Of a stretch of 64,000 bases of DNA, positions 18,713 through 30,500 are shown piece by piece. The position numbers and the translations under genes are program-made. Below the pieces are notes generated by a model. That model saw only the letters and a program-made list of their open reading frames with translations. It did not search any database and was not told where the DNA came from. Position 1 is the first letter of the stretch. Each line of letters opens with the position of its first letter. The stretch is taken from assembly GCA_036396895.1 (NCBI GenBank), contig DASWKB010000038.1, positions 13,145-77,144 on the forward strand. Direction: 5' to 3'. Source of the stretch: a bacterium (lineage in GTDB: Bacteria; Omnitrophota; Gorgyraeia; Aquiviventales; Aquiviventaceae).

Positions 18713-21414
18713 GTCCTCCGCTCGCTTCGGTCGGCGGCGAGAGCCTGGCCGAGCGACAGTCCGCCGTCATTCGGCGGAACGCGCTGATGCCAGTAGGGGC
18801 GAAATCCGGCATCGCGCAGGCGGCGCACCGCCCGCTCGGTCAGCCGGCGGTTCTGGAAGCACCCGCCGCTGAGCGCGACACGGCGCTCGCCGATCGCGGC
18901 GGCCGCCGCAAGGATATATTCTACCAAGGTCTCGTGCACGTTCGCCGCGATGATTCCCGCGTCCACGCCGCGCCGGCGGTCCTCGAGGAGCCCGCGCACC
19001 ATCGGACCCCAGTCGATCACGATGGGCGAGTCCGCCCCTCCCGGCCGGCCCAGCCGCACAGGGTACGGCCCGGAGCCGTCCGCGCGCCCGGCCACGTCTT
19101 CCAGCAGCATCGCCGCCTGCGCTTCGAACGCCGCGACCTGCCGCAGCCCGATGAGCGCGGCGACGGCGTCGAAGAGCCGCCCGGCGCTCGAGGTGATCGG
19201 CGCGTGGATCCCGCGCCTCAGCATGACCCGCAGCACCTCCCGCTCCTTCGGTGTGAACGCGGCCAGCGCCGGCACCTCGCGGCGCGAAAACGCCCCCTCG
19301 CCGAAGAGCTCGTACAGCACGCCGAGCGCCGAGCGCCGCGGCTCCTTGACGGCCTGATCCCCGCCCGGGAGGCGGAACGTGCGCAAGTGCGCCGCGCGCT
19401 CGAACCCCCGGGCGCCGACGCGAAGGAATTCCCCTCCCCAGACCGTGCCATCGAGCCCGTACCCCGTGCCGTCCCAGGCGACGCCGAGGACCGGCGGCTC
19501 CAGGTCGTTCTCCGCCATGCAGCTGAGCACGTGCGCGTAGTGATGCTGCACCGCCACGACCGGGAGGCCCGTCTGCCCGGCATACTGGGTCGAGCGGTAA
19601 TCCGGGTGGGCGTCGCAGGCGACCGCCTGAGGCCGCGCCTCGTGCAGGCGCGCGAGGTTCTCCGCGGCCTGCTGGAACGCGGCATACGCCTGCACGGTCT
19701 CGAGATCGCCCAGGTGCTGGCTGACGACCACGCCGGAGCCGACGGTGAGCGCGACGGTGTTCTTCAGGTGCCCGCCGACGGCGAGCACGGTCCGGACGGA
19801 GCGCCGCTTCAGCGGCACCGGCAGAGGGGCGTAGCCGCGCGCCCGGCGGATCAGAAGCTCGCGCTCGAGCACGACGCGCACGACGGAATCGTCCACGTGC
19901 CTGGCGATCGGCCGGTTGTGGACCAGAAAGAGGTCGGCAATGCCCTCCAGCCTGTCCAGCGCCTCGCTCTCGTCCGTGCAGATCGGCTCGTCCGAGAGGT
20001 TACCGCTGGTCGCCACGATGGGACCCGCGACCGCCTGAACGAGCAGGTGGTGCAGCGGCGTGTACGGGAGCATGACGCCCAGCGTCCGTTGCCCGGGGGC
20101 GAGGCTCTCCGCCAACGGGGACTCCTCAGGCCGGATCCGCTTCTCGAGCAGCACAATCGGGGCCTGGGGAGACGCGAGGAGGCGCTCCTCGATTTCCGAT
20201 ACGTCGCACTGCGCCCGCACCGCGCCGACCGAGCGCACCATCACCGCCAGCGGCTTCTCCTCGCGCCGCTTGCGCTCGCGCAGTTCCCGCACGGCGCCGT
20301 CATTGCGCGCGTCCGCGACCAGATGGAATCCGCCGAGCCCCTTGACCGCCACGATGCCGCCTGAGCGCACTGCCTCGGCCGCCGCCGCGAGCGCGGCGGC
20401 GTCCCTGGCCAGCACCGCGCCCGCCGGATCCCACAGCGCCAGACGGGGTCCGCAGGCCGGGCAGGCGTTCGGCTGGGCGTGGAACCGGCGGTCGGCCGGA
20501 TCGTCGTATTCGCGGCGGCAGTCCGGGCAGAGCGTGAAGCGGCTCATCGTCGTGGCCGGCCGGTCGTAGGGCAGTGCGAGGATAATGCTGAACCGCGGCC
20601 CGCAGTTCGTGCAGTTGGTGAACGGATACCGGAAGCGGCGGTCGCGCGGATCGTCGAGCTCCCGACGGCAGTCCGCGCACGTCGCCAAATCTGGCAGGAC
20701 GACGCCGGTCCGGGCGCCGCCCTGACCGCTTTGGCGGATGGCGAAACCGCGGAGCCCGGCCGCGTCCAGCCAGCGGACCTCCTCGCTGTACACCGCGGCC
20801 TGTGGCGGGAGATCATGGCGGAGCCCCTCCAGCAGCCGCGCGAGCGTCTCCGGAGCGCCTTCCGCCTCGACGATCACGCCTTGGGGGGAGTTCTGCACCC
20901 AGCCGTCGAGCCCGAGCCGGGTCGCCAGCCGGTGCACGAAGGGACGGAACCCGACGCCCTGTACCGCGCCGGTCAGGGCGACGTGGAGCCGCCGCCGCTC
21001 CTGCCGCGCGATCCGGATCCCGGATTGTTGCGCCATCGGACTCTCCATCCGCCGTGACGGCCCCTCGGCCGCCTCCGTCGAATCCGCCACCGTCACGTCG
21101 ATCACCTCGAGCGCGTGCGCACCCGGCACCTCGATCAGCGCGCCGCAGGCGCCGCACGGGAGCATCGACCCGGCGAGCGCGTCGTGCGTCACGGGCTCAT
21201 CGCGCCCGCACGCGCACCGGACGGACGTCACGCCCGGCTCGATGATGACCTCGGCGGACTCCAGGACGGACCCCGCCGAGGCGGCCGCGAGGGCGTGCCG
21301 CACCGCCTCGGGCGCGAGCGCGCCTCCCGCACGGACCCGCACCTGTCGTACTCCTGTCGGGAACCGCCGGGTGAGCTCGCGCATCAGGGCCAAGACGGAG
21401 CCGGATTCATGCAT
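18709..21414 (-). CDS. hypF: HypA-like domain fused to carbamoyltransferase HypF
   Basis: MHE start at 21414 with CACG and CGACG (HypA-like), in frame with GAVQGVGFRPF, zinc fingers CADC/CTNCGPR/CPDC/CPACGP, HHYAH, DGTGYG and PPNDGGLSLGQ. Confidence 0.9.
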   Translation of the reverse strand: MHESGSVLALMRELTRRFPTGVRQVRVRAGGALAPEAVRHALAAASAGSVLESAEVIIEPGVTSVRCACGRDEPVTHDALAGSMLPCGACGALIEVPGAHALEVIDVTVADSTEAAEGPSRRMESPMAQQSGIRIARQERRRLHVALTGAVQGVGFRPFVHRLATRLGLDGWVQNSPQGVIVEAEGAPETLARLLEGLRHDLPPQAAVYSEEVRWLDAAGLRGFAIRQSGQGGARTGVVLPDLATCADCRRELDDPRDRRFRYPFTNCTNCGPRFSIILALPYDRPATTMSRFTLCPDCRREYDDPADRRFHAQPNACPACGPRLALWDPAGAVLARDAAALAAAAEAVRSGGIVAVKGLGGFHLVADARNDGAVRELRERKRREEKPLAVMVRSVGAVRAQCDVSEIEERLLASPQAPIVLLEKRIRPEESPLAESLAPGQRTLGVMLPYTPLHHLLVQAVAGPIVATSGNLSDEPICTDESEALDRLEGIADLFLVHNRPIARHVDDSVVRVVLERELLIRRARGYAPLPVPLKRRSVRTVLAVGGHLKNTVALTVGSGVVVSQHLGDLETVQAYAAFQQAAENLARLHEARPQAVACDAHPDYRSTQYAGQTGLPVVAVQHHYAHVLSCMAENDLEPPVLGVAWDGTGYGLDGTVWGGEFLRVGARGFERAAHLRTFRLPGGDQAVKEPRRSALGVLYELFGEGAFSRREVPALAAFTPKEREVLRVMLRRGIHAPITSSAGRLFDAVAALIGLRQVAAFEAQAAMLLEDVAGRADGSGPYPVRLGRPGGADSPIVIDWGPMVRGLLEDRRRGVDAGIIAANVHETLVEYILAAAAAIGERRVALSGGCFQNRRLTERAVRRLRDAGFRPYWHQRVPPNDGGLSLGQALAADRSERRT

Positions 21415-21973
21415 CGGGCACCGCCGGCTCAGGCGCGCGCGGAGGCGCGGACGGACACGCCAGGTCCCGCAGGATGCGCCCCGCGACCTTCGCAGACGCC
21501 CGTCGCACCGCGGGCGTGACCGGCGCTCCGGGATCAAAGCAGTCCCCCTCGATGCCGTACACCATCACCCGGGCCGGCAGACGGCGCATCGCCCGGGCCA
21601 GCTCGATCGCGTCGGCGACGCCCATCCCGTGCGTCGAGTGCTGGCGCAGCTCAGCCGGTACGGGACCCTCGCTCACGGCGAGCCGGTGGATCGTCCCCGG
21701 CCGAGCGCCGGAGGCGACGGCATCGATGAGCACGACGTGCTCATGGGCCGCCCAGGCATCCAACAACTCCGTCAGCGCGCCCCCGGCTTCGAGGATCTCG
21801 ACGCCCGGCAATGCCGCGGACCGAATGCGGCGCGCCGCCAGCACCCCGGCGGCGTCATCGCCGCGGAGCGTGTTCCCCATGCCCACCACGAGCACCCGCC
21901 CGGCCGGCAGAGGCGCCGCCGGACCGGCCGATGCCGCATCCGTCCCGGATGTCCGGCGCGCACGTCCCCGCAT
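21407..21973 (-). CDS. Hydrogenase maturation endopeptidase
   Basis: GMGNTLRGDDAAG, IDAV, STHGMG. Confidence 0.92.
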   Translation of the reverse strand: MRGRARRTSGTDAASAGPAAPLPAGRVLVVGMGNTLRGDDAAGVLAARRIRSAALPGVEILEAGGALTELLDAWAAHEHVVLIDAVASGARPGTIHRLAVSEGPVPAELRQHSTHGMGVADAIELARAMRRLPARVMVYGIEGDCFDPGAPVTPAVRRASAKVAGRILRDLACPSAPPRAPEPAVPDA

Positions 21974-21976
21974 GGC

Positions 21977-23275
21977 TCACTCCCGGAACAGCCGCAGCTT
22001 CAAGAAGTGCGTGGAACACGAAATGCACGGGTCGTAGTTCCTCACGGCCTGCTCGCATTGCCACTCGAGTTCCTTCGCCGGGAGCGAGAGCCGTTCCGGC
22101 ACAAACGCCCGGAGATCCTGCTCGATCGTGGCCTGGTTCACCGCCGTCGGAGACACGATCTTGGCGTCCCGGATCGTCCCCGCGTCGTCGATCGTGTACC
22201 GGTGGTAGAGGATCCCCCGCGGCGCCTCGGTGACGGCGTAGCCCGTGCCCGCGCGGGGCCGCACTTCGACGGCGGGGGCGTCGGGCGGCTCGTACGCCTC
22301 GATGATCCGCAGCGCTTCCTCGAACGCGAACACCGTTTCGACCCCGCGCACCAGGATGCTCCGGAACGGGTTCCGGCACGAGTCGCTCAGGCCGGCCTGC
22401 CGCGCCGCGTCTTGCGCGACCGACGGAAGGCGCTCGAAGTTCAGGCTGTACCGGGCCAGCGGCCCGACGTGCGCCGTGCCGCGGCCCTGCACCACGCTGT
22501 GCAAGGCGGTCGAATGCGGCTGGTGTTGCTCCAGCAAGTGGGCATCGTAGTCCCGGACCTCGATGTCGAGGCCTTTGTTGGACACGAGCCGTCCTTCGTT
22601 CAGCGGGTACTCCTCGGCGTGCCGGAGCGCCACGAACTCATAGTCCTGCTCGAAGTCCGGGTAGGACAGCGTGGCCAGCCACGACATCGTCTTCACGGCG
22701 GCGTCGCGCCCCCAGGCCAGTTCGTCGCGCATGACCGCCAGTTCCGACTTGGTCGGCACCCGGTAGAATCCGCCGATCTTGACGTTGATCGGGTGGATCT
22801 CCCGTCCGCCCAGGAGCGTCATGAGCGTATTGCCGGCCTTCTTCATGCGGAGGCCGCGCTGGACGAGCTCAGGATGGTCTTTGGCCATCTGCACCGCGTC
22901 CTGATACCCGAGGAAATCCGGCGCGTGGAGCAAAAACATGTGCAGCACGTGGCTCTCGATCCATTCGCCGCAGTACAAGAGCCGCCGGAGCGCCCGCAGC
23001 GGCCCGTCCACGGTCACGCCGCAGATCTGCTCCATCGCATGCACGGCGCACATCTGATAGGCGACCGGGCAGATCCCGCAGATGCGCGCGGTGAGATCCG
23101 GCGCTTCGCGGAAATCCCGGCCGCGCAGCAACGCCTCGAAAAACCGCGGCGGCTCGACAATGCGCAGCTTCACGTCCTTGACGTCCCTCCCGCGGATGCG
23201 GATGTCGAGGCCGCCCTCGCCCTCCACCCGGGCGAGATAGTTCACCTTAATGTGACGCGTCGCGGTGCGGGGCAT
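21977..23275 (-). CDS. Group 3b [NiFe]-hydrogenase (sulfhydrogenase-type) large/alpha subunit
   Basis: ARVEGEG, L1 RICGICP, L2 DPCISCSTH followed by a short cleavable tail. Confidence 0.95.
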   Translation of the reverse strand: MPRTATRHIKVNYLARVEGEGGLDIRIRGRDVKDVKLRIVEPPRFFEALLRGRDFREAPDLTARICGICPVAYQMCAVHAMEQICGVTVDGPLRALRRLLYCGEWIESHVLHMFLLHAPDFLGYQDAVQMAKDHPELVQRGLRMKKAGNTLMTLLGGREIHPINVKIGGFYRVPTKSELAVMRDELAWGRDAAVKTMSWLATLSYPDFEQDYEFVALRHAEEYPLNEGRLVSNKGLDIEVRDYDAHLLEQHQPHSTALHSVVQGRGTAHVGPLARYSLNFERLPSVAQDAARQAGLSDSCRNPFRSILVRGVETVFAFEEALRIIEAYEPPDAPAVEVRPRAGTGYAVTEAPRGILYHRYTIDDAGTIRDAKIVSPTAVNQATIEQDLRAFVPERLSLPAKELEWQCEQAVRNYDPCISCSTHFLKLRLFRE

Positions 23276-24044
23276 GGGCTTCACTCTCCCGTCGGAAGAC
23301 ATCGGCATAGGCGTTGTACGTCCGGAAGCTGCGCACGAGGTCCGCCTCATGCGCGCCCAGCTGCTTCCACTGCTCGCTCAGCGCGCGGGTGTTGGCGCTT
23401 TCCATCGGGCCGAAACACCCGTAGCAGCCGCGGGAGAAAGCCGGGCAGATCGCCCCGCAGCCGTCCTGGGTGACGGGACCCAGACACGGCGTCCCGTGGG
23501 CCGTCATCACGCACGTCAGGCCGCGACGCTTGCAGGTGAGGCAGACGCTCGACGTCGGCAGGTTCGGCGCCCGTCCGTTCAGGAGCGCGCTGAAGACTTC
23601 CAGGAGCTGCGCCTTGTTGATCGGACAGCCCCGCAGTTCCAGATCCACCGTCACGTGGTCGATGATCGGCGTCGAGCGCTCCAGCGTCTCGATGTACTCC
23701 GGTTTGGCGTAGACGATGGACACGAACTCGTTGACCTTGCGGAAATTCCGCAGCGCCTGGATCCCGCCCGCGGTCGCGCACGCCCCGATGGTCACCAGCA
23801 TCCGGGACGCCCGCCGCACCTGTTGAATCCGCTCGGCATCATGGGAGGTCGTCACGGACCCTTCGACCAGCGAGACGTCATACGGCCCCTTCACGACGGC
23901 CCGTGACGCCTCAGGAAAATTCGCGATGTCCACCGCGCCCGCCACCGCGAGGAGCTCGTCCTCGCAGTCGAGGAGGCTCAGCTGACACCCGTCGCAGGAC
24001 GCGAATTTCCAGACTGCCAGTGTCGGCCGCTTCACCGCTCCCAT
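23247..24044 (-). CDS. Group 3b hydrogenase small/delta subunit
   Basis: [38 protein letters not shown]. Confidence 0.93.
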   Translation of the reverse strand: MGAVKRPTLAVWKFASCDGCQLSLLDCEDELLAVAGAVDIANFPEASRAVVKGPYDVSLVEGSVTTSHDAERIQQVRRASRMLVTIGACATAGGIQALRNFRKVNEFVSIVYAKPEYIETLERSTPIIDHVTVDLELRGCPINKAQLLEVFSALLNGRAPNLPTSSVCLTCKRRGLTCVMTAHGTPCLGPVTQDGCGAICPAFSRGCYGCFGPMESANTRALSEQWKQLGAHEADLVRSFRTYNAYADVFRRESEAHAPHRDASH

Positions 24045-24045
24045 G

Positions 24046-24906
24046 TCATATCTCCCGCTTGGCCAGCCACGGTTCCACGCGATCGACCCGAAACACCGGG
24101 CCGTCCTTGCAGACAAAGAACGGCCCGAACTGACAGTGCCCGCAGAGCCCGATGGCGCACTTCATATTGCGCTCCAAGCTGACGTAGATCCGGTCGTTCG
24201 TCACGCCGCGCTTCTGGAGCTCCTGGACGGCAAATCGCATCATGATCTCGGGACCGCAGACCATGGCGAGCGCCTGCAGGGGATCGAACCCGGCCCGCCG
24301 GATCAGGGGCGTCACCACCCCGACGTTCCCGCGCCAGCCCCCTTCCCCCCGGTCGACGGTGACCTGGACGTCGAGGTCGAATCGCCCGCCCCAGAGCCGC
24401 AGCTCGTTGCGGAAGAGAATGTCGCTCGGCGTCCGGGTCCCGTACAGCAGCACCACGCGCCCGTACCGGGACCGGTGCGCCAGCACGTGATAGATGGCCG
24501 GCCGCAGCGGCGCCAGCCCGATCCCGCCCGCGACGATCACGACATCCCGGCCGGCGGCGAGGTCCAGCGGCCAGCCGGTGCCGAAGGGCCCGCGCACGCC
24601 GAGGAGCCCTCCGCGTCCAAGACGGCTCATGGCGTTCGTCACCGCGCCCACGGCGCGCGTGGTATGCCCGACGCGCACGGTGGATGCCGGATCGCCCGAG
24701 ATCGAAATCGGGACTTCTCCCACCCCGATCACGTCGAGCATGTTGAACTGTCCGGGCCTGAAGGGCCGGACGCGCGAGCCCGGCTGCGGCTGCAGCTCCA
24801 TCGTAAACGTGTCGGCCGTTTCCTTCCGCACCCGCTTAATGAGAAACAGGTCCGGCCGCATCGGATCGGCGCCCCGCCCGTTCGTCTTGGTCTTCGCGCG
24901 CATCAC
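24046..24906 (-). CDS. Group 3b hydrogenase gamma subunit (FAD/NAD(P)-binding, 2Fe-2S)
   Basis: [41 protein letters not shown]...VCKDGPVF. Confidence 0.93.
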   Translation of the reverse strand: MMRAKTKTNGRGADPMRPDLFLIKRVRKETADTFTMELQPQPGSRVRPFRPGQFNMLDVIGVGEVPISISGDPASTVRVGHTTRAVGAVTNAMSRLGRGGLLGVRGPFGTGWPLDLAAGRDVVIVAGGIGLAPLRPAIYHVLAHRSRYGRVVLLYGTRTPSDILFRNELRLWGGRFDLDVQVTVDRGEGGWRGNVGVVTPLIRRAGFDPLQALAMVCGPEIMMRFAVQELQKRGVTNDRIYVSLERNMKCAIGLCGHCQFGPFFVCKDGPVFRVDRVEPWLAKREI

Positions 24907-25361
24907 GCTCCCCCGTAGAGGTCCTGCAATTGCAGGCGAGCCGACTCCAGCCGGTCCGCGATCACCTGCGAGAAGCGCCGCAGGAGTTCATACCCCAGGT
25001 CGTGATCCTGCTCGCATTTCTTCCGCAGACACTCGCCGTCCAGCACCACGGCGCGGACCGGCGTCAGGGCGCGGGCGTCAAAGCGCCACTGATGCGGCGG
25101 GATGAGCCACGACCAGCCGAGCACGTCCCCCGCGGAGACGGTCTGAATCGTCCGGGGCGACCCGCCCACCGGCGGCAGCTCGATCCCGACGCGGCCTTCG
25201 CGCAGCACGTAGAACGCATTCGCCGGCTCGCCCGTGCGGAATATGTACGCCGCGGGCTGCACGGCGACGTTCCGCGCGCATCCGGCCAACACCGTGACGT
25301 AGGGGGCCGGAACATCATGGAAAAACGGGTGGTCGGCCAACAGCGACGCCAGATCGCGCAT
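24903..25361 (-). CDS. Stand-alone cyclic nucleotide-binding domain protein
   Basis: [26 protein letters not shown]. No HTH; embedded in the hydrogenase operon. Confidence 0.85.
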   Translation of the reverse strand: MRDLASLLADHPFFHDVPAPYVTVLAGCARNVAVQPAAYIFRTGEPANAFYVLREGRVGIELPPVGGSPRTIQTVSAGDVLGWSWLIPPHQWRFDARALTPVRAVVLDGECLRKKCEQDHDLGYELLRRFSQVIADRLESARLQLQDLYGGA

Positions 25362-26545
25362 CAGGAGCCTCCTGGGGTGGCCGGCGGATCGCACCGCTCG
25401 GACTCGCGGATTTCCCGGACTTCCTCGGTCACATCGATGCCAACGGGACACCAGCTGATGCAGCGCCCGCACCCCACGCATCCCAGGGTCCCGAACTGGT
25501 CGACCCACGTCGCCAGCTTATGCGTCAGCCATTGCCGGTATCGCGCGCGCGTCGAGCTCCGGATGCTGCCGCCGTGAATGTAGCTGAACGCCATCGTGAA
25601 GCATGAATCCCATTTCCGGACCCGCTCCGCCGTCGTCCCGGTCAGGTCGGTGACCTCCTCCACCGTCGAGCAGAAACAGGTCGGGCACACCATGGTGCAA
25701 TTCGCGCAGGCGAGGCACCGCGACGCGACCTGATCCCAGCGCGGGTGGTCCAGATGCCGGTAGAGCAGGTCCTTCAGGCCGTCCACCTCCAGCGTCCGGC
25801 CCATCCGGGCGGCCGTCTCCGCCACCGCCGACGTCGCGCGGGCCACCGTCTCCGGATCGGCCGGCCGGTGCGCGAGCTCGGCGAGGAGCTCCCCGCCGCG
25901 CGCCGTGCCGACCTCGATGAGGAATTCATGACGCTGCGCGTCGCACAGCTCGGTGAGCGCCAGGTCAAATCCCGTCGTGGCTGCCGGGCCAGACTGCACG
26001 GACGCGCAGAAGCAGGTGCCGCCCGACTGGGTGCAGTTGACCGCGATCAGGCACGCGGATTGACGGCGGGCCGCGTACTGCGGATCGGCCCACGTCCCCT
26101 CGAGCAGAATCCGGTCCTGCACCGCGATCGCCTGAAGCTCGCATGCCCGCACGCCGAGGAACGCCAGCTTCTCACGCGGCGCGCCGCCCCCCGTGAACGC
26201 CGGCGCCCGCCCGGAGCGATCGACCCGGCAGACGGTCGCCACGGGAGGGTACAGCCAGCGCTTCCATGACTGCGGGCTGAGCGTATAGCCGAAGAGCGTG
26301 TCGTGCTCCCGGCGGAAGAGCCGGTAGCGCCCCGGGGCCTGCTCGTCGCCCCACCCCGCCGGCAGCGCCTCGGGCCCATCGAGTTCATCGTAGACCACGG
26401 CGCCGTCCCGCACGGTCGGACCGATCACCCGGTACTCCCGCTTGCGCAGCGCGTCGAACAGGCTCCCGAGCGCGGCGCGTTCCATGAGCGCCCGCCCCCC
26501 CGTCCCGAGGGCCCGCCGATTCCCCTGTGATGCCGTGCCGCCCAT
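25361..26545 (-). CDS. Group 3b hydrogenase beta subunit (4Fe-4S dicluster, AsrA-like)
   Basis: GVRACEL, CFCAS, CLACANCTMVCPTCFC, CVGCGRCISWCP. Confidence 0.92.
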   Translation of the reverse strand: MGGTASQGNRRALGTGGRALMERAALGSLFDALRKREYRVIGPTVRDGAVVYDELDGPEALPAGWGDEQAPGRYRLFRREHDTLFGYTLSPQSWKRWLYPPVATVCRVDRSGRAPAFTGGGAPREKLAFLGVRACELQAIAVQDRILLEGTWADPQYAARRQSACLIAVNCTQSGGTCFCASVQSGPAATTGFDLALTELCDAQRHEFLIEVGTARGGELLAELAHRPADPETVARATSAVAETAARMGRTLEVDGLKDLLYRHLDHPRWDQVASRCLACANCTMVCPTCFCSTVEEVTDLTGTTAERVRKWDSCFTMAFSYIHGGSIRSSTRARYRQWLTHKLATWVDQFGTLGCVGCGRCISWCPVGIDVTEEVREIRESERCDPPATPGGS

Positions 26546-26558
26546 GCGTGGTCTCCTC

Positions 26559-27587
26559 TCACGATCCGTCCGGCGCGTCGCCGGGCCGGGGACGCAGCGC
26601 GTAGGAACGCAGCACCTTCATGTAATTGGCCCGCTCGAACGCTTCGGGCTCGGCCACCGCCACCGTGCTCATGCTGCCCTGCATCTGCTGGACGGACTCG
26701 TATTCGTGCTCTTCCATCCACCGCACGAGGCCGGCCGTGAGCGTCTGCACGTGCTCGGGGCCGTGGCGCAGCAGCGCCGAGGTCATCATGGCCACCCGCG
26801 CGCCGGCCATCATGGCCTTCAGGACGTCCTCCGCCGTGTGGACGCCCCCCGTGACCGCCAGGTCCGCGCGCAGGCAGCCGTAGAGCATCGCCACCCACTG
26901 CAGGCGAAGCCGCAGCTCATCCGACGTGCTGAGCCGCAAGTTCGGGACGACCTCCAGCCGCTCCAGATCCAGATCCGGCTGATAGAACCGGTTGAACACG
27001 ACGAGCGCATCCGCCCCCGCGGACTCCAGGCGGCGGGCGATGTGGGCCAGCGCGCTGAAGAACGGGCTGAGCTTGACGGCCACCGGGATGTCGATGCTCG
27101 CCGCCACGTCCCTGACCAGCTGGACATACATCGCCTCGACGTCCGCGCCGCTGGTGTCCGGATTGGTCGGGATGAAATAGACGTTGAGCTCCAGCGCGTC
27201 TGCGCCGGCCTCCTGGATCCGCTTGGCGTAGCTGATCCAGCCGCCGGTGGAGACGCCGTTCAAACTGCCGATGATCGGGATCCCCACCGCCGCTTTCGCC
27301 CGCCGGATGTGCTCGAGGTACTCCTCGGGTCCGAGGTTGTAGCGCGTCATGTCCGGAAAGTAGGTGAGCGCCTCCGCGAAGCTCTCCGTCCCGTAGGAGA
27401 GGAACCGGTCCAGGTCCTGGCTCTCCAGAACGATCTGCTCCTCGAACAGCGACGGCAGCACGACGGCCGCGATGCCCGCGTCCTCGAGGCGCTGGATGCT
27501 CCGGAGGTCCTCCCCCAAGGGCCCGGCCGAGGCGACGAGCGGGCTGCGCAGCGTCAATCCCAGGTAGCGCGTCGTGAGGTCAGGCAT
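26559..27587 (-). CDS. Dihydroorotate dehydrogenase-like protein (nifJ-associated)
   Basis: [33 protein letters not shown]. Directly downstream of nifJ. Confidence 0.9.
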   Translation of the reverse strand: MPDLTTRYLGLTLRSPLVASAGPLGEDLRSIQRLEDAGIAAVVLPSLFEEQIVLESQDLDRFLSYGTESFAEALTYFPDMTRYNLGPEEYLEHIRRAKAAVGIPIIGSLNGVSTGGWISYAKRIQEAGADALELNVYFIPTNPDTSGADVEAMYVQLVRDVAASIDIPVAVKLSPFFSALAHIARRLESAGADALVVFNRFYQPDLDLERLEVVPNLRLSTSDELRLRLQWVAMLYGCLRADLAVTGGVHTAEDVLKAMMAGARVAMMTSALLRHGPEHVQTLTAGLVRWMEEHEYESVQQMQGSMSTVAVAEPEAFERANYMKVLRSYALRPRPGDAPDGS

Positions 27588-30500
27588 GAGGGGCCTCCGG
27601 CGGCGCGTCCGTCACGGCGCTGGACGCCAGGTGCTGGTAGCGGCGCCATCGCACCCTGACGTCCTCCTGCGCGAGCTCCAGCAGGCGCTTGGCCTCCTCC
27701 GGATTGCTGTGCGCCAGCATGGTGTACCGGGTCTCGTTGTAGATGTAGTTCTCCAGGGGGATGCTGGGCGGTCCGGAGTCGATCAGCAGCGGGTGCTTGC
27801 CGTCCCCCGGGCGCGCCGGGTGGTACCGGAACAGCGGCCAGTGCCCGGATTGAACCGCGGCTTTCTGCTGGTCCATCCCGTGCACGAGGTCGTAGCCGTG
27901 CGCGATGCAGTGGCTGTAGGCGATGATCAGCGACGGCCCATCGTAGGCTTCCGCTTCGAGAAAGGCCCTCAGGGTCTGCATGTCGCTTGCGCCCATGGCC
28001 ACCTGCGCGACGTACACGTGCCCGTAGCTCAGCGCCATGAGCGCCAGGTCCTTCTTCGGCATCTGCTTGCCGCTCGCGGCGAACTTCGCGACGCCAGCCC
28101 GCGGCGTGGCCTTGGACATCTGGCCACCGGTGTTCGAGTACACTTCCGTGTCCAGCACGAGCACGTTGACGTTGTGCCCGGAGGCCAGGACGTGGTCGAG
28201 ACCGCCGTAACCGATGTCGTACGCCCAGCCGTCCCCGCCCACGATCCAGACGGTCTTCTTGACCAGGACGTCCGCCAGTCGCTCCAAATCGGCCCCCTCC
28301 TGCTCCGCCAGCCCGCGGAGCCGCTCCTTCAGGCGCGCCACGCGCTGCCGCTGCGCCCGCAGGCCGGTCTCGGAGCTCTGGTCGGCGTTGAGGATCGAGT
28401 CCACGAGCTCCTCGCCGACGATGTCGCCGAGCTTGACCAGCAGCCGCTTGGCATAGGCCCCCTGCGCGTCGAGTGCCAAGCGCATGCCCAAGCCGAATTC
28501 CGCGTTGTCCTCGAAGAGGGAGTTGGCCCACGCCGGCCCGCGGCCGTCCCCGTTCGCGGTCCAGGGCGTGGTCGGAAGGTTCCCGCCGTAGATGGAGGAG
28601 CAGCCCGTCGCGTTGGCGATCATCGCCCGGTCGCCGAAGAGCTGGCTGAGCAGCTTGAGATACGGCGTCTCGCCGCATCCCGCACAGGCGCCGGAGAATT
28701 CGAACAGCGGCGGCAGGAGCTGCACGTCCTTCACCTGCGCGAGCGCGAGCGCCTCCCGGTCCGCCTCGGGCAGCGACAGGAAGAACTCCCAGTTGTCCCG
28801 CTCGGCCGTCCGGAGCGGCTCCTGCGGGTGCATGTTGATGGCCTTGTGCCGGACTTCGCGCTTGCTCTTGACCGGACACACCTCCACGCACAGGGCGCAT
28901 CCGGTGCAGTCTTCCGGCGCGACCTGCAGCGTATAGCGGCGGCCGCCGAACTCCCGCCACCGGGCGGGCGCGGACTTGAACGTCTCCGGCGCGCCCTGGA
29001 GCCGGTCCGCCGGATAGACCTTCCCCCGGATCACCGCATGCGGGCAGACCAGCACGCACTTGCCGCACTGCACGCAGAGCGTCTCGTCCCACACCGGGAT
29101 CTGCAGCGCGATATTGCGCTTTTCCCAGCGGGCCGTGCCCGTCGGATAGGTGCCGTCGTCCGGCAGCGCGCTCACGGGCAGCTGGTCCCCCTGCCCGACG
29201 ATCATCCGCCCCAGGACGGACTTGACGAACTCCGGCGCCTGCGCGGGGACGGGCGGCAGGAGCTCGAGCGCGCCGTCCGCCTCGGCGGGCACGGCGACCT
29301 CGTGCAGGTGCTCGAGCGCGTGATCGACCGCCGCGAAATTCTTCTGGACCACGGCTTCCCCCCGCTTCCCGTACGTCTTCTGGATGGAGGCTTTGATCGC
29401 CGTGATCGCCTCCTCCCGTGGCAGGACGCCGCTGATGGCGAAAAAGCAGGTCTGCATGACCGTGTTGATCCGCCGGCCCATCCCCGCTTCCTGCGCCACC
29501 CGGTACCCGTCGATGACGAAGACGCGCAGGCGCTTCTCGATGATCTGGCGCTGCACGGGGCGCGGCAGATGCGCCCAGACCTCCCCCGGCCCGTACGGGC
29601 TGTTGAGCAGGAACGTCGCCTCGGAGCGGGCGACGGAGAGGACGTCGAAGCGCTCCAGGAACGAGAACTGGTGGCACGCGACCACGCTCGCCTGCGTGAT
29701 CAGATAGGCCGAGCGGATCGGCCGCGAGCCGAAGCGCAGGTGGGAGACCGTCATGGATCCCGACTTCTTCGAGTCATAGACAAAGTACCCTTGCGCGTAG
29801 AACGGCGTCCCCTCGCCGATGATCTTGATGGAGTTCTTGTTCGCCCCCACCGTCCCGTCGGATCCGAGGCCGTAGAAGATCGCCCGGTGCGTATCCGCGT
29901 CCTCGGTCGAGACCTCCGGGTCGTAGGCCAGGCTCGTCATGGTGACGTCGTCCACGATGCCGACCGTGAAATGGTTCTTCGGAGAGGCGCTCGAGAGCTG
30001 ATCGAACACGCCCGTCAGCATCGCCGGGGTGAACTCCTTGGACGAAAGCCCGTACCGGCCGCCGATGATCTTCGGATGCGTCCGGAAGGGCGCCCGCCCG
30101 GCCGACACGGCTTCCTGGACGGCGGCGACGACGTCCAGGTACAGCGGCTCGCCCGCGCTGCCGGGCTCCTTGGTGCGGTCGAGCACCCCGATGGCGGTCA
30201 CCGTGGGCGGCAGCGCGGCGATGAAGTGCTCCACCGAGAAGGGGCGGTAGAGCCGGACGTTGATGAGCCCGACGCGCGCCCCACGGGCGGTCAGGTACTC
30301 AACGGTCTCCTGGGCCGTTTCGGCGCTGGAGCCCATCAGGACCACCACGTGCTCGGCATCCGGCGCGCCGAGGTAGTCGAAGAGGTGGTAGCGGCGACCC
30401 GTCAGGCGGCCGAGGGCGTCCATCGCGCCCTGCACGATCGCCGGACACGCGAGGTAATACGGATTGGAGGCTTCGCGGGCCTGGAAGTGCACGTCCGGGT

